This document shows positions 10,715 through 19,968 of a stretch of DNA of 64,000 nucleotides, in pieces. This DNA comes from Candidatus Thalassarchaeum sp. Its GTDB lineage: Archaea; Thermoplasmatota; Poseidoniia; Poseidoniales; Thalassarchaeaceae. Each line of letters starts with the position of its first letter. The first letter of the stretch is position 1. The notes under the pieces were generated by a model. It saw only the letters and a list, made by a program, of their open reading frames with translations. It was not told the origin of the DNA and searched no databases. Position numbers and translations under genes: made by a program. The stretch is from the NCBI GenBank assembly GCA_016777225.1, contig JADHRW010000005.1, positions 11,857-75,856 of the forward strand, in the 5' to 3' direction.

Positions 10715-11395
10715 ATGGTTGATGAGGCGGAGACATCAGGATTTATTGATTTAGAATTTGTTGAACTGCCAGAAGAAGATATGAATAAACAAGCAATGAG
10801 TTTCTTTAATTCTATGAATAAAAGACGTACTACAAGGCATTTTTCAGAAAGAAATGTCCCTAGAAAATTAATAGAGTATGCTATCAAAACTGCTGGCACT
10901 GCACCATCTGGTGCTCATTTACAACCATGGACTTTTGTTGCAATATCTAATAAAGATTTGAAAAATAAGATTCGTCAAGCAGCAGAAGATGAAGAAAGAA
11001 AAACATATTCAGATAGAATGCCAGAATCATGGGCGGAATTATTACGACCTCTTGGCACTGACTATGTCAAAGAACACATAACAGATGCCCCATGGATTAT
11101 TGTGGTTTTTAGACAAACTAAAAGAATACGTGATAATGGTGAAGTAGGCCCTACTTATTATTCACAGGAATCTTGTGGTATTGCGATAGGACTATTCATT
11201 GCAGCAATACAAAATATGGGACTAGCAACATTAACTCATACTCCATCTCCTATGAAGTTCTTGAGAAATTTACTAGGACGTCCTGAACATGAACATGCTA
11301 TGCTTTTGATGCCTGTTGGATATCCATCAGATGATGCAAAAGTCCCCGATATTGCCAGAAAAGATATTAATGAGATTTCAGAATGGTTTGATTAA
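10715..11395 (+). CDS. Iodotyrosine deiodinase-like flavoprotein (nitroreductase fold)
   Basis: RRTTRHFS, TAGTAPSGAHLQPWTFV, lid EEERKTY..RM...W...LRPLGTD.VKEHI, TLTHTP. Confidence 0.85.
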   Translation: MVDEAETSGFIDLEFVELPEEDMNKQAMSFFNSMNKRRTTRHFSERNVPRKLIEYAIKTAGTAPSGAHLQPWTFVAISNKDLKNKIRQAAEDEERKTYSDRMPESWAELLRPLGTDYVKEHITDAPWIIVVFRQTKRIRDNGEVGPTYYSQESCGIAIGLFIAAIQNMGLATLTHTPSPMKFLRNLLGRPEHEHAMLLMPVGYPSDDAKVPDIARKDINEISEWFD

Positions 11396-11400
11396 ATATT

Positions 11401-12354
11401 CTATTCATTTGTAGAAGGTGTAAAAAATATTAGAGCTACACCTGAACCTATAATTAGTAAACCACCTATGATAATCTTAGTACTCAATACTTCATCGAAT
11501 AATATTATTCCATATATAGTTGCAATTATCACAGTAAGATATGAGAATGCACTAACCCAAGCAGCATTTGCTTGATGGTAAGCCATTGTTATTCCAACTT
11601 GCCCCCCACCAGCCCCTACTCCAATTCCAACTAATGCTGCTAACATTTCCCAAGTAAGGTTAGTTAATTCGGGCGCTGCTTGGATTACAGAACCTGCAAC
11701 AGAAAATGCTGCAAACCAAAATACAACTGTTGAAGGTGAATCTGTTTTTCTCAAATCTCTAACGAAAATATATGCTAAACCAGCAAATAATCCAGAACCC
11801 AAAGCCAGTAAAGCATTAGGATCTATACTATCTAAATCAGGCGATACAATTAGTATAATTCCTATAAATGCAGTAAATAGTGAAATTAATACAGAGGTAG
11901 ATACTTTTTCACGAATGAGACTACCTGATAAAAGAGCAACAAATAATGGAGCTGTATATTGTAATGTTACTGCCTGTCCTATAGGGATTAAAGATAGAGC
12001 TGAAAAATATAATATCATAGCAATTAATCCAACCAAACAACGTAAAAACATTTTTTTCGGATCATTCATTTTCAGACTAGTGCCTCGGAATCTAGCAAAG
12101 ATTATTACGGCTAAAGCAATGACCAAAGAACGGATGAAAATAATCATCCAAACATCTGCATTTACTGATGTCCATTTTACAAGCGCATTCATAGTTCCAA
12201 AACAAATACTACCGAATATCATCCAAAGAACTGCTATCCTAGGAGAATCAATAGGATTTTTATCATCTAAAGAAACATAGGATGAAAGATCTGGGCCATC
12301 TTTGGCTAATGCAGATACAGATTTTAAACCTCTACCGAGGCCTTTTGAAGACAT
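11401..12354 (-). CDS. EamA/DMT family membrane protein with N-terminal ParB-like LGRGL peptide
   Basis: ~10 hydrophobic segments in two EamA repeats (AVTLQYTAPLFVALLS..LIREKV; VSAFSYL...YGIILFDEVL); N-terminus MSSKGLGRGLKSVSAL. Confidence 0.88.
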   Translation of the reverse strand: MSSKGLGRGLKSVSALAKDGPDLSSYVSLDDKNPIDSPRIAVLWMIFGSICFGTMNALVKWTSVNADVWMIIFIRSLVIALAVIIFARFRGTSLKMNDPKKMFLRCLVGLIAMILYFSALSLIPIGQAVTLQYTAPLFVALLSGSLIREKVSTSVLISLFTAFIGIILIVSPDLDSIDPNALLALGSGLFAGLAYIFVRDLRKTDSPSTVVFWFAAFSVAGSVIQAAPELTNLTWEMLAALVGIGVGAGGGQVGITMAYHQANAAWVSAFSYLTVIIATIYGIILFDEVLSTKIIIGGLLIIGSGVALIFFTPSTNE

Positions 12355-13302
12355 TTAAATTAGTCCCCATCTTTTTTCTAAAGTATCTGAAACACCTTGA
12401 TAATCTTGACCGCCATTACTATTTGGGTCATGCAAATGAATTGGAACACCATGACTTGGAGCTTCTGCTAATTTGATATTTCGACGAATAGCAGGATGTA
12501 CTACAAATTCAGGTAAATGTTCTAAGATTTCTGAAGCAACTTGCTGATTAAGAAGAGTACTTGCGTGCATAGTCAACAAAACACCATCAACTCCTAATTG
12601 AGGATTGAGAAGATTTCGGACTTCCCTAAGTGTACCTGCCAACATTGCTAAGCCTTCTAATGCAAAGTATTCTGTTTGAACAGGTATCAATACACCGTCG
12701 CTAGCCACTAAAGCATTGATTGTGACTAATCCCAAAGAAGGAGGGGTGTCAATTATTACAATATCATAATGCGGCAGTAATGGCTGTAATGCCTCTGCTA
12801 ATCTTCTTTCTCTACCGAGCTGACGTAACATTTCTTGCTCTAAACCTACTAAACTCCGATCACCGACTATCATATGAAGACCATCGACGGCTGTTGCATG
12901 ACGAGCAGTAACTGCTGTCTCTGGCGATAATATTAGATCTCTAGTTGTATGTTTTACCTTACTTTTGTCTACTCCTAAACCAGTCGCACAATTCCCTTGA
13001 GAATCAGCATCGACTACCAAGACTCTGTGGCCTCGTAATGCAATTTGTGATGCGATATTAATTACAGTAGTAGTTTTTCCAACACCACCTTTCTGATTAA
13101 TCACAGTAACTACCCTAGCACGACCACTAGGTGTAGGAGAAGGAAAGGGTAGTTCTAATGGCTTACTTGTTTGCTGAGTTGTAGTTGGATTTAATTCTTC
13201 TTTAGAGGAACGGATATGTTCCTCTTCAGTAAATTCTACATCGATAATTAATGGAACTTTTTCAACTTCTGGAAGTCTAGTATCTTCATCATTAATAGAC
13301 AT
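12355..13302 (-). CDS. parA: ParA/Soj family ATPase with ~60-aa acidic/Pro N-terminal extension
   Basis: NQKGGVGKTTT, VD.D.QGN, IDTPPSLG, IPVQTEYFALEG, RNIKLAEAPSHG. Confidence 0.93.
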   Translation of the reverse strand: MSINDEDTRLPEVEKVPLIIDVEFTEEEHIRSSKEELNPTTTQQTSKPLELPFPSPTPSGRARVVTVINQKGGVGKTTTVINIASQIALRGHRVLVVDADSQGNCATGLGVDKSKVKHTTRDLILSPETAVTARHATAVDGLHMIVGDRSLVGLEQEMLRQLGRERRLAEALQPLLPHYDIVIIDTPPSLGLVTINALVASDGVLIPVQTEYFALEGLAMLAGTLREVRNLLNPQLGVDGVLLTMHASTLLNQQVASEILEHLPEFVVHPAIRRNIKLAEAPSHGVPIHLHDPNSNGGQDYQGVSDTLEKRWGLI

Positions 13303-13375
13303 ACAGCCCTTTCGGCGCTTGGAAAGAAGTTGAATGTGCCGCTATAATTGACTTGGTATTGATTGATTTCTATAG

Positions 13376-15643
13376 TCACTGAGAAGAGCCAATCACTTCG
13401 GCCCAAGCAAGCATTCTCCCGGTTTGAGCATCCATTGCATAATTGATATTATGTTCACGATTAGACTCAACCCATTCTCTACTGCCTACAACTAAAACCT
13501 GGCCCTCAGTTAGATCTCCCGGTAAGAAAGAGAATAGATCACTCTCTTCTGAAACTGAGAGTCTGTAACCATAATTTATACCATCAATATCATGTGAAAT
13601 GGATAAACCCTCATATCGATTAGTATCGAGAATTCTAGCTTCTAAATTTTTCAATGTATGAGTAGACGGAATAGCCTCTTGATTCCAAGTAATTTCGCCA
13701 TCATTTCTTCTTTCGCTCTCAAAAGAGCATGCATCATTCTGACGAATTATTGCCCATCCAGAAGTTTCATCTGAACGAACCCAAGAAAGATTCCATTCTT
13801 CAAAATATTCATTCGATTCTACATTGGATGAGTATGAATAAAAACCTTGCCAGATATAGCCATCTGAATCAATTGCAACAGTAATATCTCTATTAGTATA
13901 ATTGGAACGTAGACAATTGACTGCATCTTCTAAACTGAAACTTCTAATTTCTGATTCATCCCACATAGCTGTAGACCAATCTTTTTTTGCTGATTCACTT
14001 AACTTATCTTCACCAGGCCCTGGTCGGCTAACATAAGTAGAACCCCAAGGTATAGATTTAGAACCTGAATCAGATGTTATTTGACTCATTTTCATACTAA
14101 TTGTCAAAGTACCTTCAGGTAGAGCAGCGTCTGTTGCTGTACTCTCAATAAAACTACAATCTGATGTACTCTGATCTTTATCAATTAAAATATCAACTAC
14201 TTGTTCGACTGGCCAAGGTACACCACTTTTGACTAAAATATCAATATTCATTCTACCAAGGCATCTTTCAACTTCGGTATTAGTTATAGAAACTGGATAA
14301 ACAAGTCCATGTTCAGCATTCCTCTGTTCACTACCCACTTCCCAGTTCCAATCTTTATTCCAATCTGATAATGACTCAGATTTCATTCCAGATTCTAACT
14401 TTATATCACCAAAGAATTCATGTAATGCAATAGGAGTAAGTGGGAAAGTCAATATTGTAGCAATACCATCTAAGTTTCCAAAACCATCAGCACCAAAAGT
14501 CACAATATTTGCTTTTGTATTATCACCCTCGATATCTGTAAAAGATATGTCAGATTCTGATCTGAGAATACTTTGTTCTGCTAATTCATCGTAAATATTT
14601 GTATCCATTGAAAGTTGATTACCAGATAAAGACCACCCAAGATTACCACAAATATTAGTTTCTTTCCAAGTCTTACCCTCTAAATCAATATTAAGATTAT
14701 GTGTGATTTTTTGCTGGACTGTTAGATGAGAACGTCCATACGCATCTTTCACAGAAACGACACCTTGTAGAGATGATTCGGCGGAATCAATAGGGTGTGT
14801 AATCTCAGAACTATCGCCTTGAATTATCTCTATTGAACCAGTACCCGCCAGATTAACGGTTAACCTATTACATGCATCTTGGATTGCAGTTTCAGGTAAT
14901 GCGTCTCTTAACAAAGAAACCATCTCATCACCTTCAAGATCTATCAATCCATCACTCAAAGTAAATGTCATTGAATCATCATAATTCAAAGGACGTGCTT
15001 GAAATGAGGAGTCGGCAGATAGGAAATAAAATACACCAGCACTAACCAATAAAATAACTAAGGAAATCGCTGAAATTTGTAATCTATATTTCTTGAAAAT
15101 ATCTAATGAAGGGAGAGTAATAGTGACCGACGGTTTTTCAACATCTTCACTTTGATGTTTTATTTCGACTTCCTTTCTATGTAAATCACTAGATTCTCCA
15201 TCCCATGGATCATCATCTTCTAAAATCAGAGATTCCTCATGCTGATTATCATCTAAAATAGGTTTCTCTTCAATAATTTCTGCCTCTAATATTTCCGCTT
15301 CCATTATTTCATTTTCAGAAATAATCGATTCTTTAATCGGCTTGATTTCATCATCATCAACTCGTGAGATTAAACGATCAATTGCATCATCAATTTCTCT
15401 AGATGAGCGGACTTTATCTTTGATTACTGCATCCTGAGGTTGAACTTGAGCAATCTCGATATTTTCATCATCAAGAAATAATTCTTTATCATCCTGATTT
15501 TTCAAATTATTCTCTAAAATTCTCACAATCAAGTCTGCTTTATTGCCTGAGATTAATAATTCGCCTTTTTTACATATCTCCCTTAACTCAGAAACCTTCA
15601 TTTCAGATAATGAGTCGAAGGTAAAAGACTCCTCGTCGGACAT
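13376..15643 (-). CDS. Single-pass membrane protein with N-terminal SAP domain and large extracellular region
   Basis: LSEMKVSELREICKKGELLISGNKADLIVRILE fits the SAP consensus; acidic linker; KKYR then TM LQISAISLVILLVSAGVFYFL; ATG 15643 preferred over TTG 15679. Confidence 0.78.
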   Translation of the reverse strand: MSDEESFTFDSLSEMKVSELREICKKGELLISGNKADLIVRILENNLKNQDDKELFLDDENIEIAQVQPQDAVIKDKVRSSREIDDAIDRLISRVDDDEIKPIKESIISENEIMEAEILEAEIIEEKPILDDNQHEESLILEDDDPWDGESSDLHRKEVEIKHQSEDVEKPSVTITLPSLDIFKKYRLQISAISLVILLVSAGVFYFLSADSSFQARPLNYDDSMTFTLSDGLIDLEGDEMVSLLRDALPETAIQDACNRLTVNLAGTGSIEIIQGDSSEITHPIDSAESSLQGVVSVKDAYGRSHLTVQQKITHNLNIDLEGKTWKETNICGNLGWSLSGNQLSMDTNIYDELAEQSILRSESDISFTDIEGDNTKANIVTFGADGFGNLDGIATILTFPLTPIALHEFFGDIKLESGMKSESLSDWNKDWNWEVGSEQRNAEHGLVYPVSITNTEVERCLGRMNIDILVKSGVPWPVEQVVDILIDKDQSTSDCSFIESTATDAALPEGTLTISMKMSQITSDSGSKSIPWGSTYVSRPGPGEDKLSESAKKDWSTAMWDESEIRSFSLEDAVNCLRSNYTNRDITVAIDSDGYIWQGFYSYSSNVESNEYFEEWNLSWVRSDETSGWAIIRQNDACSFESERRNDGEITWNQEAIPSTHTLKNLEARILDTNRYEGLSISHDIDGINYGYRLSVSEESDLFSFLPGDLTEGQVLVVGSREWVESNREHNINYAMDAQTGRMLAWAEVIGSSQ

Positions 15644-15776
15644 AGTTAACAGGCTTAGTCGAATAGTCGGGTCTTTCAATACCTTCCTTCTTTTGTGTTA
15701 CAGAATGGCTAGTAGTGGACAAAAATACCATTTGCGGAGCCAAAGAACTCAAGAAGGATTGGCGGTCGCGCGAATT

Positions 15777-16742
15777 ATGGACCCTCGATTAGTAATTCTC
15801 TCTCGTGGACCACAGTTATACTCAACAAAACGAATTGCCGATGAGGCAGAAAAGGCAGGGTGGGCAGTTAAAATTCTAGATCCTCTAAAAATTGGTCCAC
15901 CTCCCTTTGGCGATAATAAAAAAAGTGAACTCCAGCACAAAGGATGGGCGATAGATTGCGAGGCAATAATTCCAAGAATTGGTTATTCTATCACCGAAAA
16001 AGGGACCGATAGAGTGAGAGATTTTGAAAGAATGGGTGTGATTGTAATGAATTCCAGTGATGGAATTAAAAGAAGCAGAGACAAATTAATCGCTGGACAA
16101 GCATTGGCAGAGGGAGGAATTCCTGTCCCTATTACTGCCCAAATAGTCACATGGGAAGATACAAACAGAGCCATCACTAGAGTTGGTGGAACTCCTTGCG
16201 TAGTTAAATCAACAGAAGGCACGCATGGTTCAGGGGTCTTCCTAGCACATACTGAACAACATGCCCGTCAATTAGTCTATCAGATGTTAGAAAGAGGAAT
16301 GAGACCTTTGGTACAGGAATATATCGAAGAATCTCATGGAAAAGATATACGAGCATTAGTAGTTGGAGGAAAAGTAGTAGCATGTATGCGTAGAAGGGCT
16401 AATGGAAACGAATTCCGCTCAAATTTTCACCTGGGTGGTAGTGTGGAAAAAATCGAAATTGACCCTAGATTTGAAAAAATCGCTGTAAAGGCTGCAGAAA
16501 TTCTAGGTCTTGAAATCGCTGGAGTCGATTTGTTAGAATCTAAAAGAGGCGCACTTGTATTAGAAGTAAATTCGAGCCCTGGATTAGAAGGTATTGAGAG
16601 GGCATCTGAGAACAATGTAGCAGGTGCAATTGCGGAAAGATTGAATGATTTATTGAGAATTTCTAATCAAAAAAAAGATCTAACATCTATTGATAATCAA
16701 GGGCATAATTCTTTTAGAAATAGTGGTAAGTCTGAATCATAA
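15777..16742 (+). CDS. rimK: RimK-family ATP-grasp alpha-L-glutamate ligase
   Basis: YSTKRI, IIPRIG, RDKL, GTHGSGV, VQEYI, DIRALVVGG, FRSNFHLGG, AGVDLL, LEVNSSPG; start 15777 avoids overlap with the divergent gene. Confidence 0.88.
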   Translation: MDPRLVILSRGPQLYSTKRIADEAEKAGWAVKILDPLKIGPPPFGDNKKSELQHKGWAIDCEAIIPRIGYSITEKGTDRVRDFERMGVIVMNSSDGIKRSRDKLIAGQALAEGGIPVPITAQIVTWEDTNRAITRVGGTPCVVKSTEGTHGSGVFLAHTEQHARQLVYQMLERGMRPLVQEYIEESHGKDIRALVVGGKVVACMRRRANGNEFRSNFHLGGSVEKIEIDPRFEKIAVKAAEILGLEIAGVDLLESKRGALVLEVNSSPGLEGIERASENNVAGAIAERLNDLLRISNQKKDLTSIDNQGHNSFRNSGKSES

Positions 16743-16855
16743 TTTTTAATATCGGCTTTTTTATTATTACATTAGAAAAGGCTTCGCATCTATCACAACA
16801 AGAGAAGCATTCAAGTTCAATCAGGGAATCTTGGGCTTGTCTATACGGACATGGG

Positions 16856-17998
16856 ATGCACGTCGTTCGCGACGCTGAGGCGAGGGAATTGACTAAACAG
16901 AATGAAAAGATTGGTGACTCTTGGGTTGATAAAAACTTGAGAAATGAACCTATTTTGAATAGTAGTGAATTATTAATTCATACCAAAAATCTTCCACAAC
17001 GTCTCCAGAGATTGGCATTATTACCATGGTTCGAATGTTGGTTACAACAATTAAGGACAGAAAAGAAAAGTGAGCATACAATTAGAGCTTATGTTGTAGC
17101 AGCAAAAACATTCACTATGACTTCATTACCAAATGAAAAGCCTGAAACATGGGATATAGTACAAGAGTTACGTGTTTCAGATTTATTTACTAGATGTGAG
17201 CCTAATAATGGTAGAATAGATTCATGGTTAAATACAATTGGAAATTTACGTCCAGCCACAATTAATGCCAGAATTGCAGCAATAACACATCTTCTAAAGT
17301 GGTTAGGTTATACAATCCCTGAATGGATTCAAAGACCGACTAGATCAAGATCTCTGCCAAGAACTTTAGGAAAGAGAGATTTACAGAAAGTAAGACTTGC
17401 AGCAACGAGATCTGAAGATCCAATAGCCTTCCCAATCATTACAATGATGTTAGATACTGGATTAAGATGTTCTGAGATATGTAATCTAGATTTAGATGAT
17501 GTAGACTTAGATGATTTATCCGCTTTAGTAATTGGAGGGAAAGGAGAAAAAGATCGGACCGTTCTTTTTACAAATGCTACACTAAATGCACTGGAAGCTT
17601 GGAGACCAATAAGAAATGCAAGATTAAAATCCTGTGTAAGAAAAGAAGATGAACGATCTTTATTCTTTTCAAGTAGGAGTCGGAGATTAAATCCTCGTTC
17701 TGTTCAAAAATTACTTGATCGTATTGCTGACGCTTCAGATATACCCAGGACAAGACTGAGCCCGCATGTGTTGAGACACTCTTTTGCTACTGGATTATTA
17801 GAAAGAGGGGCTGATTTGGTAACTATACAGAGACTTTTAGGACATGCTAATATCTCTACGACTAGAGTTTACCTAGAAATTGGAGACCAAACATTGAGAG
17901 AGATTTATCATCGTGCACAGTCAACACCAAGTTTAGCTGAATCAGAAAATGAATCAATAATTGGAAATAGAACAGAGAAATCTCCAATAATTAACTAA
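16856..17998 (+). CDS. xerA: Tyrosine recombinase XerA/XerC-like
   Basis: Catalytic R (TGLRCSE), K (GKGEKDR), HxxR (HVLRHSFAT), H/Y (LGHANISTTRVY); no flanking mobile-element genes. Confidence 0.85.
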   Translation: MHVVRDAEARELTKQNEKIGDSWVDKNLRNEPILNSSELLIHTKNLPQRLQRLALLPWFECWLQQLRTEKKSEHTIRAYVVAAKTFTMTSLPNEKPETWDIVQELRVSDLFTRCEPNNGRIDSWLNTIGNLRPATINARIAAITHLLKWLGYTIPEWIQRPTRSRSLPRTLGKRDLQKVRLAATRSEDPIAFPIITMMLDTGLRCSEICNLDLDDVDLDDLSALVIGGKGEKDRTVLFTNATLNALEAWRPIRNARLKSCVRKEDERSLFFSSRSRRLNPRSVQKLLDRIADASDIPRTRLSPHVLRHSFATGLLERGADLVTIQRLLGHANISTTRVYLEIGDQTLREIYHRAQSTPSLAESENESIIGNRTEKSPIIN

Positions 17999-18193
17999 TT
18001 ATTTTCGAGCAGGATTTTTTTTGTTATCTCTTTTGTTAACAACATCAGGGCCTTGCCATTCTCTATTAGCAGACATACCATTGCCTTGATGGCCTGGAAG
18101 AGGGCAGTGTTTGCCTGCACGGCACCTAGAGCAGTTATCATTAGGGGGCTTTTCTACTGTCTTTACCAGACGACCATACTTCCTCCTAGGCAT
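17999..18193 (-). CDS. Small basic putative zinc-binding protein
   Basis: MPRRKYG...CSRCRAGKHCPLPGH (C-x2-C-x5-C-x4-H); ATG 18193 or 18208. Confidence 0.6.
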   Translation of the reverse strand: MPRRKYGRLVKTVEKPPNDNCSRCRAGKHCPLPGHQGNGMSANREWQGPDVVNKRDNKKNPARK

Positions 18194-18297
18194 GATAATG
18201 AATTTCATCGGCGGGCTTTAGCAGTTCGTATCACTTCTTCACAAAAATTCATACATTTATCAGTCGACTTGATGTTTAAGTTACATCACGCATTGTC

Positions 18298-19152
18298 GTG
18301 GAAGAAGTTTCTAGTTCCAGAAAACCTCTTGGTTGCGACCCAAATAATAGTTTACTATTCGCCCAAGTTATTTCAGGCGAACCAAAGATGATAATAGATG
18401 GAGAGGGGTTTCTTCGTTCTGTTAATTGGCATGATAAAAAAAATAATGTTTATCTAGGAGATGTGGCCAATGTTTCTCTACGTTCATTGGGTCCTCATGA
18501 CCCTCCCAAATTTATTAAAAAACCAGATTTTGATGAACAAAGATGGGTTTTAACATCATCTGCAGGGGAACTAAAAATTAAGATTACAAGCGATGTATAT
18601 TGGGGATTTGGATTATTTTCTAAATGTTTCTTTAATATTATTGAATTAACTGGTCCTTTATCACTCAGAGCAAGGTGTGTTCATGATATAATGGCTTCAT
18701 TAGGTAGAAATCCGTGGGAAGCAAGTAGAGTTAAAAAATTCGAAAAAGAGACAAATGCTACGATTAGTCAACATGGGAAATGTTGGGAAGAGTTAGTAAA
18801 ATATGCTCGTGATGAAATGGAAGAAGAAATAAAAATAGTAGAAGAAGAAGTCAAATCTTTAATTGGCACCGAAAAAGGAATTGAAAGAATTCTAGAGCTT
18901 GCAAAATACGCTATAGAAGATGCTAGAGCCGCTCTTTTAGATAGAAATGCACCTGCAGTAGAAAGAGCATTGGGGAGAGCGATTACTGCATTGATTGAAG
19001 CTAAGCCAAATACAGAAGTAAGATCTTCAGAATTAGAATCTTTGATTATCAGAGTAGAGAATATTGATATTAGAAATAAAGATGAACAAATTAATGCATC
19101 AGATTTATTAAAAAATGATATTGATTTTGTAGATCTGACAGAGTCAGAATAA
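18298..19152 (+). CDS. Hypothetical protein with C-terminal helical/coiled-coil region
   Basis: 284-aa ORF, genome-typical codon usage, no recognised motif. Confidence 0.7.
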   Translation: MEEVSSSRKPLGCDPNNSLLFAQVISGEPKMIIDGEGFLRSVNWHDKKNNVYLGDVANVSLRSLGPHDPPKFIKKPDFDEQRWVLTSSAGELKIKITSDVYWGFGLFSKCFFNIIELTGPLSLRARCVHDIMASLGRNPWEASRVKKFEKETNATISQHGKCWEELVKYARDEMEEEIKIVEEEVKSLIGTEKGIERILELAKYAIEDARAALLDRNAPAVERALGRAITALIEAKPNTEVRSSELESLIIRVENIDIRNKDEQINASDLLKNDIDFVDLTESE

Positions 19153-19154
19153 AA

Positions 19155-19346
19155 TCAAAGTCCGAAAGTACGACCTAACCAATGAATAACACCATGGTTA
19201 GCCAGATAAACTGATACAGAAAAGAAGATACAAATGAAGTAAATTGTACCCCTTGAGATTTGAATAGCATCTTCAGACTCTTCATCGAAGTATCGAATCA
19301 AACCAGCTGCTTGCTGAATTCCACTGCCCTTCTTGTCCTTAGCCAT
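19155..19346 (-). CDS. secG: Preprotein translocase subunit Sec61beta
   Basis: GSGIQQAAGLIRYFDEE...I.IS followed by one TM helix; ATG 19346. Confidence 0.88.
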   Translation of the reverse strand: MAKDKKGSGIQQAAGLIRYFDEESEDAIQISRGTIYFICIFFSVSVYLANHGVIHWLGRTFGL

Positions 19347-19434
19347 CGACTCGCCGACCGACATAGAGTATTTCAACGCGGCGAATCAATGAATTCGAAG
19401 AAATAAAGGAAAATTAACTAGAATAATGTCTAAA

Positions 19435-19797
19435 TTATGGGTCTAATGTCTCAATTAAAACACAGCCACCATCAAGTTCTACAATACAAGATGCTGCGTC
19501 CATTGCTGTTTCCAGCCCCATTGTCATGAGTATTTCTCTACGAGATCCATTATCTGATTGGAAAATTAGTCTATGACTTAATGCGTCGAGTACGCGCTTA
19601 TCTACAATCTGCCAAATCCATTCATCTCTTTCAACATTAATCAAAGCCTCTACGGGAACTAATGGGCCTTGTTTAACTCCATTCGTTCTTGCTCTTTTCA
19701 TTAGTTCAGCAAGTTTTCTTGATGCACCACCCTTATCAGTTCTAATCGGATCTCCTGTTTCTTTCGCTATACGTCGCCTTAATCGTGTCATGTGCAT
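19435..19797 (-). CDS. Hypothetical protein
   Basis: 120-aa ORF filling the gap; no recognised motif. Confidence 0.6.
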   Translation of the reverse strand: MHMTRLRRRIAKETGDPIRTDKGGASRKLAELMKRARTNGVKQGPLVPVEALINVERDEWIWQIVDKRVLDALSHRLIFQSDNGSRREILMTMGLETAMDAASCIVELDGGCVLIETLDP

Positions 19798-19968
19798 CCC
19801 AAATACGGTAACTACCGTAACCCCTGAGGGTTTGTTTGAAGGTATAACTATTTATGGAAATTAAATCTATTAGGGACGGTTTTCTTTAGTGAAAAAATAA
19901 TTCCAAGTATGAACTTATCAATAATGCTCTTCCGTTTGGTTCATGGCTAATAGGTCAACCGTTGAGAT

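Noticed and set aside
15543-15776. N-terminal extension of RimK overlapping the SAP gene
   Set aside because: The TTG-start extension overlaps a divergent gene; RimK similarity begins at ATG 15777.
16856-17998. Tyrosine recombinase as integrase of a provirus/island
   Set aside because: Flanked by housekeeping-like genes, no att repeats or viral genes seen; best read as chromosomal Xer.
19804-19819. TACGGT-AACT-ACCGTA inverted repeat
   Set aside because: Only 6 bp, no second copy noticed; insufficient support.
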